DNA of 64,000 nucleotides. Source: Spirochaetia bacterium. Its GTDB lineage: Bacteria; Spirochaetota; Spirochaetia; UBA9216. Made by a program: the position numbers and the translations under genes. The stretch lies in contig CAXXYH010000003.1 of NCBI GenBank assembly GCA_963677925.2, positions 1,376,001-1,440,000 of the forward strand, given 5' to 3'. Shown piece by piece: positions 57,665 to 64,000 of this stretch. Positions within the stretch are counted from its first letter, which is position 1, and every line of letters begins with the position of its first letter. The notes under the pieces are model-generated. The model searched no databases. It saw nothing but the letters and a program-made list of their open reading frames with translations, and was not told the origin of the DNA.

Positions 57665-58690
57665 TCAGATTCCTGAGGTAAGTGACAGCCTCATCTCCCG
57701 GGCCTCTTTAATTCTTGCACGTTTCGCGCGGTAATTCCTTAAAGAATTCTGGTTAGCCAGGAAAACAAGAAACCCTATGAATGCAAACATATTCAGGGCA
57801 ACCTGCAGGGCTGACGGCAGTTTCAATGCTGTTAAACCCAGCACGAAAAATTTCAGAGCCAGAGTTCCCATAAGTATTCCGACAGCAAGGTTTGAACGTC
57901 TTGCCAGATAATTTCCTATAAACATTGGAAAAGCCATTGAGACAACCGCACCGTTACTTGTCAGACCAATTGATGCAGTCATTGAACCGGTAAAGGCTGC
58001 ATTGAAAACTCCTGATACTGCAACCAGAGCTCCGGCTATTGTATAGCAGATTACAACATGGCGGAAAATATTAATGCCTGATTCCTGTGCAATCTTCTGT
58101 GAGCCCTGAACCGCATGCAGTTCATACCTGAACTTTGTCCAGGCAAACAGAATATACATACACAGCATTATTATACCGAGAACAATAAGAGTAAAAACAG
58201 GATTCACAAGGACTTCCATATCAGGCACACCGAAGAGCTGAAGCCCCTGACCCGAAGAAAAAGCGAATGCAATACTTTCATAGATAAGCGCCATTCCGAT
58301 TCCCAGCACTACCGGAGGGACTCTGAATGTGATAAATACAATTCCGACAATAAATCCAAAAATAAACCCGCACAGAACGGCAACTATAAGCAGACCAACA
58401 CCGTCCAGACCCAGCGATATTGCGATATGCCCGCCTATGATTGTTCCGACAAGACGCTGAGCCCCAAGCGAAAGATCGAATCGGCCGCTTGCGAGGTTCA
58501 GCGAAAGACCATAGGCAATAATTGTGGATATTCCGAGATCCCTAAGCAGGTTTCTGATATCAAGTACAGAATTGAGAAGATGGGTGCCGGCAGCCGCAAA
58601 GACTATCAATTCCATTATCAGGAACACTGCTGCCGGTATAAAAAGCACATATAAAATGTTAAAAATTATAGTTTTCATTTTACTGTTCAT
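57665..58690 (-). CDS. Monosaccharide (CUT2) ABC permease
   Basis: FDLSLGA, RVPP, A..SGI; hydrophobic. Confidence 0.8.
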   Translation of the reverse strand: MNSKMKTIIFNILYVLFIPAAVFLIMELIVFAAAGTHLLNSVLDIRNLLRDLGISTIIAYGLSLNLASGRFDLSLGAQRLVGTIIGGHIAISLGLDGVGLLIVAVLCGFIFGFIVGIVFITFRVPPVVLGIGMALIYESIAFAFSSGQGLQLFGVPDMEVLVNPVFTLIVLGIIMLCMYILFAWTKFRYELHAVQGSQKIAQESGINIFRHVVICYTIAGALVAVSGVFNAAFTGSMTASIGLTSNGAVVSMAFPMFIGNYLARRSNLAVGILMGTLALKFFVLGLTALKLPSALQVALNMFAFIGFLVFLANQNSLRNYRAKRARIKEAREMRLSLTSGI

Positions 58691-58728
58691 ATTATTTTTT
58701 CACCCACCTCTGCTTGACTGTATACTGA

Positions 58729-59949
58729 TTAAAAGCCCCGTCGCTTTATCAGATCTTCTGTTGAAAAGCTGTCGAGAACCTTGTAGATATCCGCAGTCGT
58801 AACTGAAGGATTATATACGGCCAGCATCTGCTTTACCTCATCACCTGTGTAGCTCCATGTCCCGGGGCCTGTGTCAAGCTTTTCAAGCTTCTCATAGTCT
58901 GCTTTATCCTTTACAACAAGCATGCCGGCGCCGAATATTGCCGCACGTCCGTCGGGTTTAATCAGATCAACATGCCCTGAAAGAGCATTGTAAATCATCA
59001 TAATACTGAATACATCCTGTGCAGTCAGTCCGCTGATTACCGCACCGTCAAGCGAAGGATTTCCTGTCGGATCAAGAGTTTCGAACGCTGTTTTAGTAGG
59101 AGGCCCGAAGGTTGCAGTACTAATGATCATGATATTTTTCCTGAGGGCTGCTTCAACTTCCTCTACTGCAGTAGCAAACACACTGGTAGTCGGATAAACA
59201 GACATCATGACATCATAGTCACCGGTCTGAAGAAGGCTGGAAATTCCCTGTACATAACCGTCCATATTGGGAAACCCGGGAGCTATTGTAATCTTGATAT
59301 CTGACCCCGTATCAACATCTGTTATAGCTCTGGCTCTTGTAAGAGCATTGATATCCTCTTTGTAATTCAGACCGTAAATTTTCTGAATCTGACTGAGCAT
59401 GGTTGATGTAGCCTCGATGTGTGAAGTAACTCCAATACCTGCTCCGCCCGATACTATAATAAAATTACGGGGTTCTGAAGGATTCAGCTTTGCCGAAAGA
59501 AGCTCTTCATAGGCAGCGCCGACTTTCTTAAGATCAACACCTGTTATCCCCAGGTTGTATGGCATATCAGCAACATCTTCCGAATAGCGCGATGTGGTTG
59601 TAGCCAGGTATAATCCTAACTCATTACATTTAGCTGCTATCTGTTCAATATCGGTGATTGTACTGTAAACAGCATCTGCTCCTGCTGAATATGAGTTCTC
59701 GATAAAAGTGATCATTTCTTCAACATCATCAATAACATCAGAGAAAATAAAATCAACACCAATTGCCGGACCGATTTCTTCAGACAGGTAAGCCATCCTG
59801 GTCTGAGTCGTAGCATCTATTGCATACCAGCCTACAGCAATAGTAAAAGTTTCAGGACCCTCAGCCTCCTCTTTTGCTCCCCCTGCATACAATACTGTGC
59901 TTAACAGAAGAAACGAAATAATTAGAAAAAACACTCTCATTCTTTTCAT
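58729..59949 (-). CDS. Periplasmic sugar-binding-protein-like component of the CUT2 ABC system
   Basis: Signal peptide ending YAGGAKEE; lies between two permeases. Confidence 0.7.
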   Translation of the reverse strand: MKRMRVFFLIISFLLLSTVLYAGGAKEEAEGPETFTIAVGWYAIDATTQTRMAYLSEEIGPAIGVDFIFSDVIDDVEEMITFIENSYSAGADAVYSTITDIEQIAAKCNELGLYLATTTSRYSEDVADMPYNLGITGVDLKKVGAAYEELLSAKLNPSEPRNFIIVSGGAGIGVTSHIEATSTMLSQIQKIYGLNYKEDINALTRARAITDVDTGSDIKITIAPGFPNMDGYVQGISSLLQTGDYDVMMSVYPTTSVFATAVEEVEAALRKNIMIISTATFGPPTKTAFETLDPTGNPSLDGAVISGLTAQDVFSIMMIYNALSGHVDLIKPDGRAAIFGAGMLVVKDKADYEKLEKLDTGPGTWSYTGDEVKQMLAVYNPSVTTADIYKVLDSFSTEDLIKRRGF

Positions 59950-59974
59950 ACCAATCCCTCCTTATAGGATTTAA

Positions 59975-60940
59975 TTATATTGTTGGCGAAGGCAGCCTGT
60001 CAGGCCGCTTTTGACCAATAAATATCAATGTTAGAAATATGATCCCGCGAACCATCTGAAGGATCATAGGACTGACACCAAGCATCAGCAATCCGTTATT
60101 CAGAACAGTCACTGTGATTGCGCCAAGTATTCCTGCATAGATAAAAGACCTTGACCCGCCGAATATCGACATGCCGCCAAGAACAATTGATAGAACAACA
60201 TCCATATTCAGACTTGTAGCTGTGCTTATGCTGATGGTTCCGGAACGGATAATAACCATGATTGCAGCTAACCCGACACTGATTCCGGTAATAAAAAATG
60301 CCCATAAAAGATATTTTGACTCATAGAGACCTGTCTGGCCGGCACAGATTTTGTTTGAACCGATGAAACGGATTGCTCGGCCGACGCCTGTGCCGTGAAA
60401 GATTATCGCTGACAGTATAAAGAAAATCAGAAATGCAATTGGAGTAAAATTGGTCCTGGTAAGAGCAGTTGTCATCTGAAAAGGCAGAGTCAGCGTACTT
60501 GCTCCCAGAATTGTCTGCTGGATGGCTGAAAGAAGCATCATCATCACAATTGATACAAACATCACGCTGACCCGAAGAGCTGTACTGAGAATAGACATAA
60601 GCAGAAGCAGGATAATCCCGAAAACAACAGCTGTCAGCATCATCAGCAGAATTGACTCAGTTGCAAGATAAACCATTGAAGCAATAGTAGCGACAAGCGC
60701 CACGCTGGCACCCATCGCAATATTTACATTATTGGTTCCAAATATAAAAACAGCTCCGGTAGCTACAGTTCCTGTAATAAGTGCCTGATTAAAAACAATT
60801 TTCAAATTTCTGAAATTCAGAAATCTATCGCCTACAAATACAGCAAAGAATATACAGATCAGCAGTAAAACAAAGACCGGCATCATTCTTGTAAACCAGA
60901 GGCTCTCATACATCTGTAAAAGCTTTTTTCTCATCATCAT
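59975..60940 (-). CDS. Monosaccharide (CUT2, RbsC-like) ABC permease
   Basis: GRAIRFIGSN, VLGG.SIFGG, VLNNGL. Confidence 0.85.
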   Translation of the reverse strand: MMMRKKLLQMYESLWFTRMMPVFVLLLICIFFAVFVGDRFLNFRNLKIVFNQALITGTVATGAVFIFGTNNVNIAMGASVALVATIASMVYLATESILLMMLTAVVFGIILLLLMSILSTALRVSVMFVSIVMMMLLSAIQQTILGASTLTLPFQMTTALTRTNFTPIAFLIFFILSAIIFHGTGVGRAIRFIGSNKICAGQTGLYESKYLLWAFFITGISVGLAAIMVIIRSGTISISTATSLNMDVVLSIVLGGMSIFGGSRSFIYAGILGAITVTVLNNGLLMLGVSPMILQMVRGIIFLTLIFIGQKRPDRLPSPTI

Positions 60941-60949
60941 ATTCCTGCT

Positions 60950-62566
60950 TTAAATCATAACCTCAATCAGTTTCTGCTCACTGGGCTGTTCACTTCGTAA
61001 AACCTCTGATACAACAGAACCGTCTTTCATTATCAGAATACGGTCACTCATCCCTATCAGTTCTGATAGTTCTTCACTGATCAGAAGAATTGACTTGCCC
61101 TCTTTTTTCATTTCATACATAAGCTTGTACATAGCCGCTTTGACACCTACATCGACACCGCGAGTCGGACAATCCATAATCAGTATCTGTGAATCAGCAG
61201 CGATCCATTTTCCAAAAACAACCTTCTGTTTATTACCGCCTGAAAGAGTTGAAACAAGATGATTTCTGGAGGCTATTTTTATTGATAATCCGTCGATCTG
61301 CCTGCTGACATAAGCCTGCTCTTTTCTGAAAGATATTAAAGGTCCGAATACCCTGTTAACCGAATATCCGGTACTTTGAATATTTTCTTTTATAGTTCCA
61401 AGCAGACCAAGAGATTCTGTATCCCTATCCTTCGAGAGATAGCCAATACCCTTGGCAATTGCAGTTTTGCTGTTTCTGATTATTGTTGCATCAGCCGTAC
61501 GGACCTCTCCGTCAAGCACTTCTTCGATGCCGAAAAGAGCTCTTCCTACGGTATGCATGCCGCAGTTCGAAAGTCCGCCGATGCCGAGGATTTCCCCCCT
61601 GTGAAGCTCCAGATCAAAACAGAGAAGCTCCTGCAGGGTAGTTATACAGTCAGCTTTAAGTACGATTTCATCTGAATATCCGTCGCTGTCATTTCTGTAG
61701 AAATGACCGGTAAGCGTTCGGCCGACCATCATCTGCTTAATTAACCCTTCCTCAAAATCCTGTTTATCAATGCTGCCGATAAAATGACCGTCACGAAGAA
61801 CATTCAGGCTGTCGCAATGCAGCATCATCTCATCAAGGTCATGACTGATAAACAGCACAGTACTTCCCCCGGCCTTCAGCTTTTTTATAACACGGTACAG
61901 TAATTCACGGCCTGAGTAGGACAGTGCAGTTGTTGTTTCATCAACTATAAAAACACGCGGATTCCAGTACATAGCCTTTGCAATTTCCAGAAGCTTTCTT
62001 TCCTGGGAATCAAGATGTGATGCTGGAGTATCGGCTCTGAAATCGCTTATGCTGTATCCGTCAAGGATTTTCTGAGCCTCTCTGAATAGTTCACTTCGAT
62101 TTATAAACAGGCCTTTTTTAAAAAGCCGCTCCTGTCCCAGGAATAAATTCTCAGCTACTGTAATATTGGATAATGTTCCCGTTTCCTGGACAATCATGGC
62201 GACGCCGTTTTTCTGAGCTTCAAGAATATTCTGAGGAGCCCACTCCTTGCCGTCAAGAAATATTTCTCCGCCGCTCCTGGACAGGATTCCCGCAAGAATA
62301 AGGGAAAGTGTTGATTTACCGCTTCCGTTCTCACCAACCAGACCGCAGATCTGCCCTCTGCCCACTGTAAATGACACATCATCCAGTGCGGTAGTTGCCC
62401 CGAACAGTTTTGAAATGTTTCGGAATTCGATAAAAGGTTTTATATCTGCTGCTTCAGCTGAGCCGGTGCGGCTGTCCTCACTGTTCATGCTGAAATTATA
62501 GGTATTGATTTTCCCATCCGCATGGACATATTGACCCCTAAAAGGACGTTCCTGCATATTTTTCAC
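60950..62566 (-). CDS. Sugar ABC ATP-binding protein, two NBDs (RbsA/MglA-like)
   Basis: GENGSGKST, FISH, LSGGNKQKV, PTRGVDVG, ISEEL.EL; true start may be ~62488. Confidence 0.92.
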   Translation of the reverse strand: MKNMQERPFRGQYVHADGKINTYNFSMNSEDSRTGSAEAADIKPFIEFRNISKLFGATTALDDVSFTVGRGQICGLVGENGSGKSTLSLILAGILSRSGGEIFLDGKEWAPQNILEAQKNGVAMIVQETGTLSNITVAENLFLGQERLFKKGLFINRSELFREAQKILDGYSISDFRADTPASHLDSQERKLLEIAKAMYWNPRVFIVDETTTALSYSGRELLYRVIKKLKAGGSTVLFISHDLDEMMLHCDSLNVLRDGHFIGSIDKQDFEEGLIKQMMVGRTLTGHFYRNDSDGYSDEIVLKADCITTLQELLCFDLELHRGEILGIGGLSNCGMHTVGRALFGIEEVLDGEVRTADATIIRNSKTAIAKGIGYLSKDRDTESLGLLGTIKENIQSTGYSVNRVFGPLISFRKEQAYVSRQIDGLSIKIASRNHLVSTLSGGNKQKVVFGKWIAADSQILIMDCPTRGVDVGVKAAMYKLMYEMKKEGKSILLISEELSELIGMSDRILIMKDGSVVSEVLRSEQPSEQKLIEVMI

Positions 62567-62730
62567 TATCCTTATCCTTTTTTATCCCGTACAACATAAA
62601 ACCACCCTCCTAAAACAGTTAAAATCTTTGCCTGGCTGCTCTTACCTGGAAATCCTCACGCTGTATGGATATTCGGCAACCTATCAGGATTTTCTTGACA
62701 CTTTGTTTTTTCACTATATACTTTCAGTAT

Positions 62731-63891
62731 ATGGAATTTTTCTCAAAAAGCATTGCTGATATCACGGGTTTGAATATCTGGCTTTTCCCTGCAGGGGAAA
62801 GCTCCATACAGCATATTTCAGGAAGTGAGAATCTGGCCGCAATGAAAAATGAACTTAATATAGCCGCACTTCAATACATGCATCATAATAATGATCCCGC
62901 ACTCCTTTTTACAGACATTCACAATCTTTCATATGTTCATGGGGAGTTTGAGGAAGGCACAGTACTGTGCGGTCCCTTTTTAAATGAAGAACATCAGGTT
63001 TCCAATGAGCTCAGAAATAAAACAGTTATGATGCTGGTTCCTACACTAAGCAAGGATGAAATTCAGGCTATAGGTCAGCTGATACGAATTTTCGCAAATC
63101 AAAGAGGATTAAAAGTCCAGACCACGATACCTCAGATTGATCACATGGTAACTCATAACCCGGCACATGATGATCTCAACAGGATAAACAAGGAAGTAAT
63201 CGAGGAATCATATAAAAAGGAACGAAAACTTCGCATCCTTGTCTCTGGCGGAGACATCGAAGGATTGAAACAGTTTCTGAAAAGTTTTCTCCCGACTAAG
63301 ACGATGATTCATGCTATGCCGATAAACCCGCTCAGACAGTCGAAAAATGGAAGTATTATACTTAATACAATTTTAAGGCTAAGTGCAGAAAAGGGAGGAA
63401 TGATACCGATAATGCTTCACGGAATGTCCTCTGAATTCGCAAGACGTATAGAAAGGGCAAGATCTGAGGAGGAGCTTAAGAATCTCCGGGATGAAATGTG
63501 CCTGGCATATTGCGACGCTGTAAATAAATTTTCTATTGCCAATCACAGCCTTATAGTAAAGAAAACTTCTGAATATATAATGACACATCTAAATGAAAAA
63601 CTAAGCTTAAGCGATCTGGCTGATTTTGTTTCCTGCTCCGCAACTTACCTTGCAAGGCAGTTCCGGAAAGAACAGGGCATGTCAGTCGGGGAATTTATCA
63701 GATCCAAAAAGATTGATGAAGCAAAATACCTTCTTGCCAATACCCAGGAATCGCTTGCTGAAATTTCTCTCAAACTCGGCTTTGAAGATATGGGGTATTT
63801 CACCAGGGTTTTCAGAAAAACAACAGGAAACCCTCCCAGTGTATATAGAAACCGGATTGAAGCAGAGATAGACAGCAGCCTGCCTATTTAA
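62731..63891 (+). CDS. AraC-family transcriptional regulator
   Basis: C-terminal YLARQFRKE.G..LGFEDMGYFTRVFRK..G..P..YR; start MEFFSK follows TTGACA-16-TATACT (62695..62722). Confidence 0.88.
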   Translation: MEFFSKSIADITGLNIWLFPAGESSIQHISGSENLAAMKNELNIAALQYMHHNNDPALLFTDIHNLSYVHGEFEEGTVLCGPFLNEEHQVSNELRNKTVMMLVPTLSKDEIQAIGQLIRIFANQRGLKVQTTIPQIDHMVTHNPAHDDLNRINKEVIEESYKKERKLRILVSGGDIEGLKQFLKSFLPTKTMIHAMPINPLRQSKNGSIILNTILRLSAEKGGMIPIMLHGMSSEFARRIERARSEEELKNLRDEMCLAYCDAVNKFSIANHSLIVKKTSEYIMTHLNEKLSLSDLADFVSCSATYLARQFRKEQGMSVGEFIRSKKIDEAKYLLANTQESLAEISLKLGFEDMGYFTRVFRKTTGNPPSVYRNRIEAEIDSSLPI

Positions 63892-63894
63892 TTC

Positions 63895-64000
63895 TTAGCC
63901 CTTGCTCTCCCAGGAAGGGATATCAGGCAGACTTTCTGTAAATTCCTTAATAAGGAAAGCCTGGTATTCATCATCATAAGTGCCGCCAAGAAATCGATCC
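63895..64000 (-). CDS. 3' end of an unidentified CDS entering from beyond the window
   Basis: Open frame DRFLGGTYDDEYQAFLIKEFTESLPDIPSWESKG-stop, convergent on the AraC gene. Confidence 0.5.
   Translation of the reverse strand, partial: DRFLGGTYDDEYQAFLIKEFTESLPDIPSWESKG

Noticed and set aside
1-64000. CRISPR arrays, tRNA/rRNA, integrase/transposase or att sites bounding the sigma54 island
   Set aside because: None recognised by eye; island mobility is not demonstrated, and short ncRNAs could be missed without a covariance search

Overview
64 kb of bacterial chromosome, almost all on the minus strand. The solute-binding-protein signal peptides (…YAGGAKEE, …SASGKQDD) suggest an anaerobic spirochaete, which is an inference. 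There are four blocks. (1) 1-7.8 kb: an AraC-controlled redox/detoxification module (aldo-keto reductase, cyclophilin-like-fold proteins, tandem cupin, DUF362, permease) with a MarR/DHA2 efflux pair. (2) 7.9-31.2 kb: a sigma54-dependent anaerobic catabolic island. It holds an atypical glycyl radical enzyme (C-G-C-L-D loop, no activase in the window), two paralogous SLC13/MatC-like carriers and an orphan family-5 binding protein. It also holds a CoA-transferase / FadH-like reductase / beta-oxidation / fldAIBC-like dehydratase operon and a PAS-type enhancer-binding protein. Three near-identical -24/-12 promoters each carry a shared triple 10-bp-repeat upstream element, tying these genes into one regulon. 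This is the best candidate for an undescribed system. (3) 31.3-44.9 kb: a regulon under two MerR (NmlR/AdhR-type) 19-bp-spacer promoters (DUF3737, PatB, exported flavodoxins, frameshifted FGE-like gene, cyclophilin-like proteins, AKR, Ntn hydrolase, PaaK-like ligase, ABC exporter, LysE). It is partly paralogous to block 1. (4) 45-64 kb: a glycoside-utilisation locus (GH78, GH3, esterase, two sugar ABC systems, YesM/YesN pair, AraC). I saw no rRNA, tRNA, CRISPR array or transposase.
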